A stretch of DNA of 32,000 bases, taken from positions 360,001 to 392,000 of the forward strand of contig JASBSB010000006.1 of the NCBI GenBank assembly GCA_030149205.1. The letters run 5' to 3'. The stretch is from Candidatus Heimdallarchaeota archaeon. Its GTDB lineage: Archaea > Asgardarchaeota > Heimdallarchaeia > Heimdallarchaeales > Kariarchaeaceae. This document shows positions 1 through 9,765 of the stretch, piece after piece. The first letter of the stretch is position 1. Every line of letters begins with the position of its first letter. The notes beneath the pieces were generated by a model. The model did no database searches. It was not told the origin of the DNA and saw only the letters and a program-made list of their open reading frames with translations. The translations under genes were made by a program, and so were the position numbers.

Positions 1-2
1 TT

Positions 3-164
3 CAGAATATTCCCTATAATAAGCAAAAAAAGAATTAAACTCATGATGTACCTATGACTTTGATTCAAGGATTTGTGTCTCATGAAGTAAATTTGAAGAA
101 TCAGAAACCCAATGATCTCTATTGTTACCTCAAAAAGGGCTATAGAGTACACATTAAAAATCAT
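3..164 (-). CDS. Partial CDS (N-terminus of a hydrophobic membrane protein), runs off the window start
   Basis: Manual translation from ATG at 164: MIFNVYSIALFEVTIEIIGFLILQIYFMRHKSLNQSHRYIMSLILFLLIIGNIL, open to the window edge; two hydrophobic stretches. Not in the ORF track. Confidence 0.4.
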   Translation of the reverse strand, partial: MIFNVYSIALFEVTIEIIGFLILQIYFMRHKSLNQSHRYIMSLILFLLIIGNIL

Positions 165-327
165 CTCCAAATCTATTTAAAGCTATATTTAGATTAGCAA
201 ATTTATTGACTAATAAATGTACAAATTCATATTATTTTTGAAAAACTATGTAATAATTACATAATTATATGTATATTAATAGAAATTTTCTCATGTTTAT
301 TTCTGAATTAAACTGTTAACCTATCCA

Positions 328-1086
328 TTAAATATCTCGATTACGGTAGAGTATTGTCCCTAGAACAATAGGGAAAACAATCCATACTATTTCAACAGAA
401 ATAGATTGAACATAGAGAGAATAGTCATTTTCCATAAACTTTACCCATTCCAGTGTTAATGCTGTTGGTGAGAACCATTTTATCCAATCTATAAACTGTG
501 CAAGAACTGAGACTGAAATATCTAAAACTATGAAGAGTACTCCAATCCCAATTGTTGCTCCTGTGTTTAGTATACTGTTTGTGCTGAGTACCACTGCCAA
601 AAATATTGTGGTTGCTAAAGATACCTCAATTGAACTAAGTAAAAAAGTCCCAAAATCAGGTGGAGCATAAAAGATGCTCCCAAAGAGGTAAGTGTAGATT
701 GATGCCAGGATGAGAACAATAAAGAAAGCTGTGAGTTTAAACACTGATTTGAGATAATAGTGCTCGGTATTTGTAATTGGTCTAGAGAGAATGAAGTAAC
801 CCCTTTTATTGATGTCTGTTTCAGATGAAAAAGCAGTCGAACCATAAATCAATGCAACTATGGCTCCATTTAGAGGGAGATTCCCCCAGAAATCCTTAAT
901 CAATGCTGTAAAATCTGCTTTTGGTAGATTTGTGATGGTCAACCCACTGGCTTTCAGAATATCAGGCAGAAAGAGGAGAGTGACAGCCGAGAGGGAAGCA
1001 CTAAATACGAAGAAAAGAAATATAATCAGAAGTGACTTTCTTTCCAGCTCAAATAGGTTTAATAGATGGGTAATTTGTCTCTTCAT
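328..1086 (-). CDS. ABC-2 type exporter permease
   Basis: About six hydrophobic segments; 'GYFILSRPITNTEHYYLKSVF' resembles the ABC-2 permease L-S-R-P-x-x-R motif; starts 1 nt after the ATPase stop. Confidence 0.85.
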   Translation of the reverse strand: MKRQITHLLNLFELERKSLLIIFLFFVFSASLSAVTLLFLPDILKASGLTITNLPKADFTALIKDFWGNLPLNGAIVALIYGSTAFSSETDINKRGYFILSRPITNTEHYYLKSVFKLTAFFIVLILASIYTYLFGSIFYAPPDFGTFLLSSIEVSLATTIFLAVVLSTNSILNTGATIGIGVLFIVLDISVSVLAQFIDWIKWFSPTALTLEWVKFMENDYSLYVQSISVEIVWIVFPIVLGTILYRNRDI

Positions 1087-1087
1087 T

Positions 1088-1999
1088 CTAATCCTCCTTA
1101 AAAAGTGATGAAAGGTCTACCATTCCCTTCGAAAAGGAATATATAGTGATTGATGGTGCTTCGGTCAGTTTTTTCAAAAATTCTGGTGTCTGATCATCAT
1201 TAGTCACAGTTACAATAAACTGTCCATTTCTGAGAACTTCAACTCTTACTACATCAGGATAAGTTGCCAGTTCTTCCGCGGTGATGCCTTTGGCTGTTAA
1301 TGCATATCTGTTTTTTATGGGTAAAGCTTCAAGTATATCTGTATATGTCCCCTCACGTACTAATTTCCCTCGGGAAATGATAAGTAGACGATCACAGACC
1401 TGTTCTATCTCACTTACAACGTGATTTGAGAAAAAGATTGTCTTCCCCTCCTCACTTACCAAATGATTGAATAACTTAAGGAGCTGGTCACGGCTGATAG
1501 GATCCAGTCCACTTGAGGGTTCATCAGCGATTATGAGTTCCGGATCATTTATCATCGCATTTGCTATCTTAAGTCTTTGTCTTTGTCCTCTGCTCAAGAT
1601 TTGGGTTGATTTTTTGTAAAAGGATTCTGCCCCCACTCTACGAACCATCTGTTCAATCTTTAAGTTCAGTTCTTTGGTACTGGATGTTGAGAATCTTCCT
1701 GTGTGTCGAAGTAAAGTCTCACCTTTCACCTTTGGTAACTCACTGTCTGGAATCAGGCCAATTCGCTTCTTTATGTTAATGATGTTCTCCTTTACATTCT
1801 CTCCAAAAATATCTATCTCCCCTGAGTCTTGTCTGAGAAACTGGAACATTAATCCAATTGATGTGCTCTTACCTGCTCCATTTGGTCCTAAAAATCCAAC
1901 GATACTTCCCCGTGGGATGGTGAAGGTTAAGTCATTAATCGCTTTAGTTTCACCAAAGGATTTGAATACATTTTTGAACTTGATAACTTCATCACTCAT
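1088..1999 (-). CDS. ABC exporter ATP-binding subunit
   Basis: Walker A GPNGAGKS, signature LSRGQRQR, Walker B IIADE, H-loop FSNH. Start moved to MSDEVIKF (ATG at 1999) because the longer ORF overlaps the upstream gene. Confidence 0.93.
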   Translation of the reverse strand: MSDEVIKFKNVFKSFGETKAINDLTFTIPRGSIVGFLGPNGAGKSTSIGLMFQFLRQDSGEIDIFGENVKENIINIKKRIGLIPDSELPKVKGETLLRHTGRFSTSSTKELNLKIEQMVRRVGAESFYKKSTQILSRGQRQRLKIANAMINDPELIIADEPSSGLDPISRDQLLKLFNHLVSEEGKTIFFSNHVVSEIEQVCDRLLIISRGKLVREGTYTDILEALPIKNRYALTAKGITAEELATYPDVVRVEVLRNGQFIVTVTNDDQTPEFLKKLTEAPSITIYSFSKGMVDLSSLFKED

Positions 2000-2012
2000 T
2001 TGTATTTTTCCC

Positions 2013-2264
2013 CTAGAGGTTAAGGTCATTCCACTCAGTGTTTTCATCAGAAATTGCTGATTCTCTTGGTGCGAATGCAAAATAAATAATTGGCCCGATT
2101 GTATTTACAAAAATGATAATAATCAACCATAGGACTAAATTGTCTTTAAAGTTCTTTCTTCTTTTGTATAGATCTATTAAAGCAGCAACCTCAAGAGTCA
2201 ATTGAATAATAATCAAAATTACTATTACTGTAATTAAAAGTGGTGACAGGTTTAAAGTGACCAT
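2013..2264 (-). CDS. PLDc N-terminal-domain small membrane protein (YxlE-like)
   Basis: 'AALIDLYKRRK...LVLWLIIIIFVNTIGPIIYFAF' matches the PLDc_N two-helix pattern (W..II...IGPI.Y); start taken at MVTLN (2264). Confidence 0.75.
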   Translation of the reverse strand: MVTLNLSPLLITVIVILIIIQLTLEVAALIDLYKRRKNFKDNLVLWLIIIIFVNTIGPIIYFAFAPRESAISDENTEWNDLNL

Positions 2265-2433
2265 ACGATAAAATAGACTCTGGATTATTAAATCACTCAT
2301 TTGAGGGCTAAATTTTCTGCAAATTTTTTTTCTTGGCACATTTATTGAATAGAATTATTAAATTGAGGAAAATTACTAATCTAACACCGAAAATTGATTA
2401 TGATTATGAAGACAAACATAGCATATTGGTTCT

Positions 2434-3540
2434 TCAGGTTCTACTGATCCCGTATCTTGTTGAATCATACAGAGGAAATTTGATTACCTCAATTTCTGCG
2501 GGTTTTTTGTGGAGAAGGACTGAGAGGTTTTCAGTTTCAATATCTGTTTTGATGTACCCTATACCAAATCCTTCCTTTGTGAGGGGGGAAATGGTTCCAC
2601 TAGAAACAAAACCCACTTCAACTTCACCCTGATAAATTTTGTAATCATGACGAGGTACTCCCTTCTTTATTAATTTAAAGAAAACCCGTTTCATGGGATG
2701 GTGGTGCTTTAATTTGCTGACAGCAGATTTTCCTATGAAATCAGGTTGTTTATCCATATCAAGAAACGGCTTGAAAGCAAGGTCTGCTGATACCACATCT
2801 ATATCCTCAGTTATGTCGTTTCCATACAATGAGTATCCCGCTTCCATCCTCAGTGTATCTCGTGCTCCTAAACCACAAGGTACAACAGAATTATTTAATA
2901 GGAGCTCAATAAGTGCTTCTGTTTTAGTAATTAGTTCTTTCTCAGATTCAGCAAATACAAACAACTCTCCTCCATCTTCCCCAGTGTATCCTGTTCCAGA
3001 GAACAACATTTGTTCATTGTTTATTCTTACGTGTCCCACACGAAATCGTTTTGGAAGCTCATCTCCTGCTAGATCACTAATAATTTTTCGAGCATTTGGC
3101 CCCTGAATAGCTATCATACTGGTATGATCAGAGATATCAGATAATTTGACATTAGTGCTTTTGATATTTTTCTTGATCCAGTTCCATATTTTCTCCCTAT
3201 TACCAGCGTTACATACGACTAAATATTCGTTTTCATCCATTTTTGTGACAATTACATCATCATGAAATCCAGCATTTTCATTCAACATGAAGGTGTAACC
3301 TGCCTGGTGAAGTTTTAAGGATGCTATGTTTCTGGGGACTAAGATATCAAGAAGAGCCTCCGCATCTGATCCGGTAACCATGTATCTTCCCATATGTGAC
3401 ACATCGAAGAAGCCTGCGTTGTTTCTTACAGCAAGGTGTTCCTCGTTAATAGAGGTGTATCTTACTGGCATTTCCCAACCATTAAAATCAATTAGCTCTC
3501 CATTTTTCTTGTGCCATGCATGAAGTGCAGTTTTTCTCAT
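2434..3540 (-). CDS. gcvT: Glycine cleavage system aminomethyltransferase T
   Basis: MRKTALHAWH, FNGWEMPVRY, EHLAVR, FDVSHMG, TGYTGEDGGE, CGLGARDTLRMEAG motifs. Confidence 0.96.
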   Translation of the reverse strand: MRKTALHAWHKKNGELIDFNGWEMPVRYTSINEEHLAVRNNAGFFDVSHMGRYMVTGSDAEALLDILVPRNIASLKLHQAGYTFMLNENAGFHDDVIVTKMDENEYLVVCNAGNREKIWNWIKKNIKSTNVKLSDISDHTSMIAIQGPNARKIISDLAGDELPKRFRVGHVRINNEQMLFSGTGYTGEDGGELFVFAESEKELITKTEALIELLLNNSVVPCGLGARDTLRMEAGYSLYGNDITEDIDVVSADLAFKPFLDMDKQPDFIGKSAVSKLKHHHPMKRVFFKLIKKGVPRHDYKIYQGEVEVGFVSSGTISPLTKEGFGIGYIKTDIETENLSVLLHKKPAEIEVIKFPLYDSTRYGISRT

Positions 3541-3701
3541 TGTGTTTTAGTCAATCATAGGTTTAAAATTCTAACTTTCTCCCTCTGAACAAAATTATCA
3601 ATTTAGAGAGAAGGGGTGGATTTGTTACTGTGAAGTTAAATTATGTATGATTCCGTTGTTTTTTTTAATTGAACTTATAATTAATCCCCAAATAGCACCA
3701 T

Positions 3702-4793
3702 ATGAAATTTGCTTTTGTAAGTGGTGCAAGACCTCAGTTTATCAAGTTAGCACCCATATTAAAGGCATTTGAAGAGCTTAATCTGAGTTTCTTTCATGTT
3801 CATACTGGACAGCATTATGATGTTAGCATGTCTGATCAGATTTTTAAAGATTTACAAATACCATCCCCTGAATATAACCTGAATGTCGGTTCAGATTCTC
3901 ATGCAAAACAGACAGCGAAAATGTTAGTGGGATTGGAGGAGATTTTTATTAAGGAAGAACCAGATTATGTCATTGTCCCTGGTGATACTAATTCCACCTT
4001 GGCAGGAGCACTAACGGCTGTGAAATTAAAAATACCAGTGATACATCTTGAGGCAGGTTTAAGGTCTAATGATTGGAATATGCCTGAAGAATTAAATCGT
4101 ATAATTGTTGACCGTGTTTCCAGAATACATGTTGCTCACACTCTAACAGGTTTGATACAACTGGTTAAAGAAGGAGCAGATGAAAAGTTTATTATCTTAT
4201 CTGGAGATCCTATGGTGGATTCACTGTATGCAACTGTAAACCGTGAAGAACCTCTGGAGAACAAATTACCTGTTCAAGATGAAGAGTTTTTGTTGATGAC
4301 AATGCATCGAGCAGAGAATGTTGATGTGAAAGAAAAGATGGAGACACTTTATAGGGTAATAAAGGATTCTCCGTTAAAGATATTATTTCCTGCCCATCCA
4401 AGAACACTTAAAAAACTGAAAGAGTTTGAACTCTACGACAAATTTATGGATCTGGATAATCTGATACTGTCAGAACCTATGGGATACCTAAAGTTTAGCA
4501 AATATTTATCAATGTGTAAAGGAGTGATTACAGACAGTGGAGGACTTCAGAAAGAGGCATTTATTCTCTCAAAACCTTGTATCACCATGAGAACAACAAC
4601 TGAATGGGTTGAGAGTCTCGAATTAGGTGCAAACCGACTTCTAGGATTTGATAAGGAGAAGGTTTTAAGTTCGATAAATGAGATAAAACAAGGGAGCTTT
4701 GCGGTTACTGAAACGCATCCATATGGAAATGGAAGGGCAGGAGCAGAAATTACTAATAAGATATTGACACTGATAAAAGATACTTCCTTTTAA
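3702..4793 (+). CDS. wecB: UDP-N-acetylglucosamine 2-epimerase (non-hydrolysing)
   Basis: GARPQFIK, HTGQHYD, GDTNSTLA, HLEAGLRS, PEELNR, TDSGGLQKEA, TEWVE motifs. Confidence 0.95.
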   Translation: MKFAFVSGARPQFIKLAPILKAFEELNLSFFHVHTGQHYDVSMSDQIFKDLQIPSPEYNLNVGSDSHAKQTAKMLVGLEEIFIKEEPDYVIVPGDTNSTLAGALTAVKLKIPVIHLEAGLRSNDWNMPEELNRIIVDRVSRIHVAHTLTGLIQLVKEGADEKFIILSGDPMVDSLYATVNREEPLENKLPVQDEEFLLMTMHRAENVDVKEKMETLYRVIKDSPLKILFPAHPRTLKKLKEFELYDKFMDLDNLILSEPMGYLKFSKYLSMCKGVITDSGGLQKEAFILSKPCITMRTTTEWVESLELGANRLLGFDKEKVLSSINEIKQGSFAVTETHPYGNGRAGAEITNKILTLIKDTSF

Positions 4794-4821
4794 CTTTGTT
4801 AATGGCTTTTTTAAGTCAACC

Positions 4822-6858
4822 TTAAAATCCAATGAATTCTCTAGCAACTTCCCTAAGGTCTGGATGAGCAAGCAGATGCATTGTTCTTAATCTGTGAAAG
4901 CTTCTCTGGTTTAAGCCTTTTAAAGGAAGATAAATCAGGGTAAACCCTTCTGATTCTACCAGATATTTCTGTGAGGAGGTAGGGGGTCTCGGGGAGACGA
5001 GAACCACAAGAGGACTAATACTCATGTTCATACCTGTCAGAAGAAGTGACGAGATAAAATCATCCCTAATGTCAGGGATTGAATAACCAATTCCTGTTGG
5101 GGGATATACAGATACTAATCCTGCAATTTTGATTCGTGTAATGCCTGGTCCTACAAAAGTTTCACCAGGAACTGTGGATACAACACCTAGATCACTTTCG
5201 AGTTCATGCTCAGCATATAGCATAGTTGTATAAGTAGCATCCTCCGGTCTTTTTTGATAAAATGCCACGATAAGAGCTCCTACCTGAATATTAAGGTTTG
5301 GAATCTTTTTAACATAGATCTTGTGCTCATACATTTTTCGGGTTGTTTCTCTCCAGTCAATCCCATCCTCTAAGCTGGTTTTAAATTCTTTAACCGATGA
5401 TTTTTCTTCTCTGATTATGTCTAGAGCCTTCTTTCTTAGTAAATGAAAATAGTTTTCAATGTAAATATCTTCAGGTGGATAGCTCACAGTAGAATACGGT
5501 GAAAATTTATCCCAGATTTCTGCCCATTGTCCGGGATACTTTTCGAGTGGAATTGAAGCAAAGTCAAATGGATCGACTTTCTCCTCAGCCATCTTTTTGA
5601 GAAGTCTCTTCGGGATTCTTCTCCTGAAGGTCATCTTAATAAGATTTTGTTGCTCTGACGATGGAACAAATGAGATCTCTGAATTTAGGGCATTTGTATT
5701 TGGAATTTCACTGAGCGTAAGTAGTTTGTATAACTCAAACGTGTAATCATCGTTTGTACATCCCTTAGTCGCAAGTAATATGGTCATTAGATCTGGAAAA
5801 ACTTGTCCATAGGTTCGTTGCAGATTTCTTAAATATTGAAATAGACGTAGATATGCAGCTACAGAGATTTTTTCAGGATAATTTTCTTTATATCTTGATT
5901 CTGCAATGATGAAACTTTCTCTTAGATTTTCGAGGAAGTTAAATTTTTGATTGCTGAATTGGTAATGTTGATAATACCGTAGGATCATGTACGGAAAGTC
6001 ATAGGTCTTAAGGTAAAGTGTTGTATTTGACACATCTGAAAGTTGCCACACCCTATCACTGAAGGGATGAGGAGAATTATCTGAATTTTCAAGGTCTCTC
6101 TCATTAAAGTTGCTAGGTCTAGGGTTAAAATTCTTTTGAGTTGAGGGAATAAAGCTTCTATCAAATTTGGACTGGAATATTGGTTTTATGATCTTTTCTA
6201 GATTGACATCGGTTTCTATTGTGATATTTTGTTTAAGGTATGATAATATCACTGGTACATGTGCTAGACCTACGACCACCAATATATTTTCTCCAGACCC
6301 CTCAAAAGCTAATTGTATCTTTTTAGCCATTTTCATAGATCGAGAAAAATGTAAAGATTCATTATGTCTCTCAAGATTTAGCTTTTCAAAGATAGTTTCC
6401 CATTCCAAGAATACCAGCGAATAAGGTGAAACTGATATTGGATTGGTTTCATCCTCTTCAACGTATTGATCGATTAAAGAGAAAGGTATCTGATGATTAA
6501 GTGCAAAATCTATAGTTGAATAGTGTGGTTCTCCAAAATAAATTAAAAATGATGAATATTGGTCAGACACAGGAATATGGGTATCAAATCCCTCATGAAT
6601 TACGGTCGGTGTTGGGAACCGATCGATTGCCTCAATAAACAGATTTCTTAGCTCATTAGGGGCTTCAATTAATATGTTATCAAATTTCTCAGAATTCAAT
6701 GTTTGAAGAAGTGAATCTGTTGTTAACAATGAATTATGAATTACTGGAAACACACTAAGCTTTGATGAAGTGGTGATATCCCTAACCCTAATCGGTTTGA
6801 ATCGTGGAAAAACCTCTATTGGGTGACTATCCTCACTGATCGTTGATGATTCTCTCAT
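4822..6858 (-). CDS. Large conserved hypothetical protein, partner of the adjacent MoxR ATPase; N-terminal TraB/TIKI/ChaN-like region
   Basis: 678 aa ORF directly downstream of the AAA gene. Motifs IHNS, DNILIE, RSMKMA, VVVGLAH; C-terminal YPPED and GIDWRETTR. Domain call is by eye. Confidence 0.7.
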   Translation of the reverse strand: MRESSTISEDSHPIEVFPRFKPIRVRDITTSSKLSVFPVIHNSLLTTDSLLQTLNSEKFDNILIEAPNELRNLFIEAIDRFPTPTVIHEGFDTHIPVSDQYSSFLIYFGEPHYSTIDFALNHQIPFSLIDQYVEEDETNPISVSPYSLVFLEWETIFEKLNLERHNESLHFSRSMKMAKKIQLAFEGSGENILVVVGLAHVPVILSYLKQNITIETDVNLEKIIKPIFQSKFDRSFIPSTQKNFNPRPSNFNERDLENSDNSPHPFSDRVWQLSDVSNTTLYLKTYDFPYMILRYYQHYQFSNQKFNFLENLRESFIIAESRYKENYPEKISVAAYLRLFQYLRNLQRTYGQVFPDLMTILLATKGCTNDDYTFELYKLLTLSEIPNTNALNSEISFVPSSEQQNLIKMTFRRRIPKRLLKKMAEEKVDPFDFASIPLEKYPGQWAEIWDKFSPYSTVSYPPEDIYIENYFHLLRKKALDIIREEKSSVKEFKTSLEDGIDWRETTRKMYEHKIYVKKIPNLNIQVGALIVAFYQKRPEDATYTTMLYAEHELESDLGVVSTVPGETFVGPGITRIKIAGLVSVYPPTGIGYSIPDIRDDFISSLLLTGMNMSISPLVVLVSPRPPTSSQKYLVESEGFTLIYLPLKGLNQRSFHRLRTMHLLAHPDLREVAREFIGF

Positions 6859-6871
6859 TCTGAAATCCCAG

Positions 6872-7687
6872 CTAAATTAAGTCTAGTGCATCTTCTCCCA
6901 ATATTTGATCAATTGATTGGTAGAGACAATCCTGTTGAGACTGTCCAGTGACCTTTTTCAGTTTTAATGCGTAACGTAATATCTGAATCCCTGACCTTAC
7001 AGTAAAGGGTTTTTCTTCCAAATGAGCTGCTGAGAGAAAGGCACTAACCATATCGATAATTTCATCATCTGCAAATGGGACTTGAAGCTTAAGAATGCGT
7101 TTCTCCTCCTCTTTGCTTGGAAAATCCAACTCAATCAAGGGTTGAAGTCTGGAGAGAATATACTCAGGTAGCTCGAAGGTGCTTGGGTCAGTATTCATTG
7201 TAGTCACCATTCTAAAATTGGGGTGAGCATGAATTGTGATACCAGCTAGTTGACTCTCCACATATCTCCTCTGATCTAATAAGGGAGCAAGAGATGCCCA
7301 TGATTTTTCTGGCATCCGATTTCCTTCATCTAGAATCAAGACACCACCTTTGATCATTGCAGTAACCAGTGGTGAAGCTACATATCGTATGGTTTGATTT
7401 TCACCAATCACTGGTGATATAATGAGGTCTTCAGGTCTTGTATCCATGGTGGCTTGAATAAAGTAAATTTCTCGCCCAAGTTCCTTTGCTGTTGTGTAGG
7501 CTAAGGTCGTTTTTCCAACACCAGGTAAACCAATTAATCGAGGTGTCAGAGGAACATCTGAGTCGTTCAGCACTAACCAAGCAGCCAGCAGTTGGTTTTT
7601 TACGTGCTCTTGCCCAACCCATTTCACTTCCAAGTCTGAAGGCTGACTCAAGTTAATTTCTACATCATCAATGACTGATGTTTCCAT
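6872..7687 (-). CDS. MoxR/CbbQ/NirQ-family AAA+ ATPase
   Basis: Walker A GLPGVGKTT, Walker B LILDEGNR, 'HAHPNFRMVTTMN', Arg finger in SRLQP. Confidence 0.9.
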   Translation of the reverse strand: METSVIDDVEINLSQPSDLEVKWVGQEHVKNQLLAAWLVLNDSDVPLTPRLIGLPGVGKTTLAYTTAKELGREIYFIQATMDTRPEDLIISPVIGENQTIRYVASPLVTAMIKGGVLILDEGNRMPEKSWASLAPLLDQRRYVESQLAGITIHAHPNFRMVTTMNTDPSTFELPEYILSRLQPLIELDFPSKEEEKRILKLQVPFADDEIIDMVSAFLSAAHLEEKPFTVRSGIQILRYALKLKKVTGQSQQDCLYQSIDQILGEDALDLI

Positions 7688-7763
7688 GAATGTATTAAGG
7701 TTCTGTGATATAAATCTTTGACTGTTTGGTTGGAATGAGCAAAGAGATTTTTGGTGGCTTTAA

Positions 7764-9176
7764 TTAATCTTGTTTCCAATTGTAATGAAATTTTATCTCT
7801 GGATTATCTTTAAGTCTTATCCCATGTTGCCCAAAATAATCTCGTTGGGCCTGGATAAGGTTGGTTGGCAATTCAGGATATAACATTGAGTCAAGATAGC
7901 TTAATGTGTTTAGTAAGGTTGGAGTTGGTAACTTCATGGAGATTGAATATTGCAACACCCTCCTTAGAGCATTGAGTCCATTTGATATGTAACCTTTGAA
8001 ATTAGATGAAAGGAGAATCTCAGTTTCTTCACCCTTCCAAGCCTCTACTATTAGGTTCAAGAGATCAGTTCTGATGATACATCCAGCTCTCCAAACTTCA
8101 GTGGTTTTTACGATGTCCAGAAAGTAATCATCCTTCATTTTATTAAGGACATTGAACCCTTGATTGAAGGCAACCAAAACCGAAATGAAGAACCCTTGAA
8201 ATATATCCTCAATGAGGTAATCGGGAGCTGTTCTATCTGAATTTTTATTTTCAGAACTTACTGATTTAATGTAACGACTTCTAAGTGAAGGTTCTCCAGA
8301 AATAAACCTTTGAAAAACAGCAGAAGCCATTGTAGAAACATCAATTCCCTGGTCTAATGCTGTTATCACTGACCATTTTCCTGTCCCCTTTTGTCCAGTA
8401 ATTGTATCTATTTTAGGCAATACCAAGATGCCATTTTCATCCCTCTGCCGAAGAATTCGTGAGGTTATGTCAAGAAGATACAGGTTAGGGGCTGTATTGT
8501 TTATAATTTTTTTCTTGTTCCAAATATCAATCTGTTCTGCGATTGAATCATTGGACATCCCTAAGCCTCCTTGAAGAATGACAAACAGCTCTGATATAAG
8601 TTGCATTAAAGCGTATTCTATCCCGTTATGAATCATTTTCACAAGATGACCTGCAGAAGAATTTCCCACTCTGGCTACACATGCTGTGTTTTCATATCTT
8701 GCAGCGATGGCCTCAAAAATCCATTTTTTTTTCTCCCAAGGTTCTTTCTCTCCACCAACCATCATCGAAGGTCCATTAAGTGCACCTTCAGCACCACCTG
8801 AAACACCCATCCCAAAAAACTCTACACCCAATCTTTTTAGTTTGACCCACCTTCGTTCGGTATCTTTGAAATAGGAGTTGCCCCCATCAAAAATATAATC
8901 ACCTGTGTCAAAATAGGCTTCAAGCTGTTCGAGAATTTGATCCACAGCTTCACCAGCTGGAACTAGCAAGAGAAAGACATGGGGGGCATTTAGAGTTTTA
9001 ACAAATTCCTCAAGTTTTATTGAAGCAAATCCCTCTGGATTCTGTTTCAGAAAATTTTGAACCTTTTGCTCGTCGATATCATATCCTGAAACAGAAATAC
9101 CCTTATTCAACAAATTTGATGCAAGGTTTGAACCCATGGTTCCAAGCCCAATAATTCCGAGTTCTGCTTTCACCAT
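7764..9176 (-). CDS. gnd: 6-phosphogluconate dehydrogenase, decarboxylating, long (bacterial GndA-type) form
   Basis: GLGTMG, DGGNS, GVSGGAEGA, KMIHNGIEY, GQKGTGKW, WRAGCIIR, QAQRDYFG motifs; 470 aa. Confidence 0.95.
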   Translation of the reverse strand: MVKAELGIIGLGTMGSNLASNLLNKGISVSGYDIDEQKVQNFLKQNPEGFASIKLEEFVKTLNAPHVFLLLVPAGEAVDQILEQLEAYFDTGDYIFDGGNSYFKDTERRWVKLKRLGVEFFGMGVSGGAEGALNGPSMMVGGEKEPWEKKKWIFEAIAARYENTACVARVGNSSAGHLVKMIHNGIEYALMQLISELFVILQGGLGMSNDSIAEQIDIWNKKKIINNTAPNLYLLDITSRILRQRDENGILVLPKIDTITGQKGTGKWSVITALDQGIDVSTMASAVFQRFISGEPSLRSRYIKSVSSENKNSDRTAPDYLIEDIFQGFFISVLVAFNQGFNVLNKMKDDYFLDIVKTTEVWRAGCIIRTDLLNLIVEAWKGEETEILLSSNFKGYISNGLNALRRVLQYSISMKLPTPTLLNTLSYLDSMLYPELPTNLIQAQRDYFGQHGIRLKDNPEIKFHYNWKQD

Positions 9177-9287
9177 TCACAATTCTATGGTGTGTATAAC
9201 TAGATTTTGCTAAATTACTAATCGAAAAGGAAACATAAAATTACCGATAAGAGAAAGTGTTATTTTATTAATTGTTATTTTAATTTA

Positions 9288-9683
9288 ATGAAGATAGAGA
9301 TTAACATTACTACACATAAAAGGGAAGAAATGATGGATATTACGGATTTAATAGAGAAAAAAATACCTCAGGGTATTTCAGGGGTATGTACCATCTATGC
9401 ACCGCATACCACAGCTGCTGTGACAGTTAACGAGGGATACGATGCGGATGTACAGTTTGATATTCTTAGTTTTCTAAATAAAACAGTTCCATGGGAAACA
9501 GATTACTTTAAGCACAGTGAGGGAAATTCTGCTGCCCATATAAAGTCAATGCTGGTTGGGAATTCAGCCCAGGTAATAATTGAGAATGGAAAAATGCTAT
9601 TGGGAACCTGGGAAAGCATCTTTTTTTGTGACTTTGATGGTCCCAGAACAAGAAAGATCATTCTTAAATTCATAAAAGGTTAA
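9288..9683 (+). CDS. yjbQ: YjbQ/UPF0047 family protein (secondary thiamine-phosphate synthase)
   Basis: PHTTAAVTVNE, HSEGNSAAHIKS, LGTWESIFFCDFDGPR motifs. Confidence 0.92.
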   Translation: MKIEINITTHKREEMMDITDLIEKKIPQGISGVCTIYAPHTTAAVTVNEGYDADVQFDILSFLNKTVPWETDYFKHSEGNSAAHIKSMLVGNSAQVIIENGKMLLGTWESIFFCDFDGPRTRKIILKFIKG

Positions 9684-9765
9684 ATGCTGAAAACATGTTA
9701 TTTAGTGTTTCAATTTAAGAGAAAAATTCATAACAAAGCGCATTGATACCTTAATCAAAAATTTG

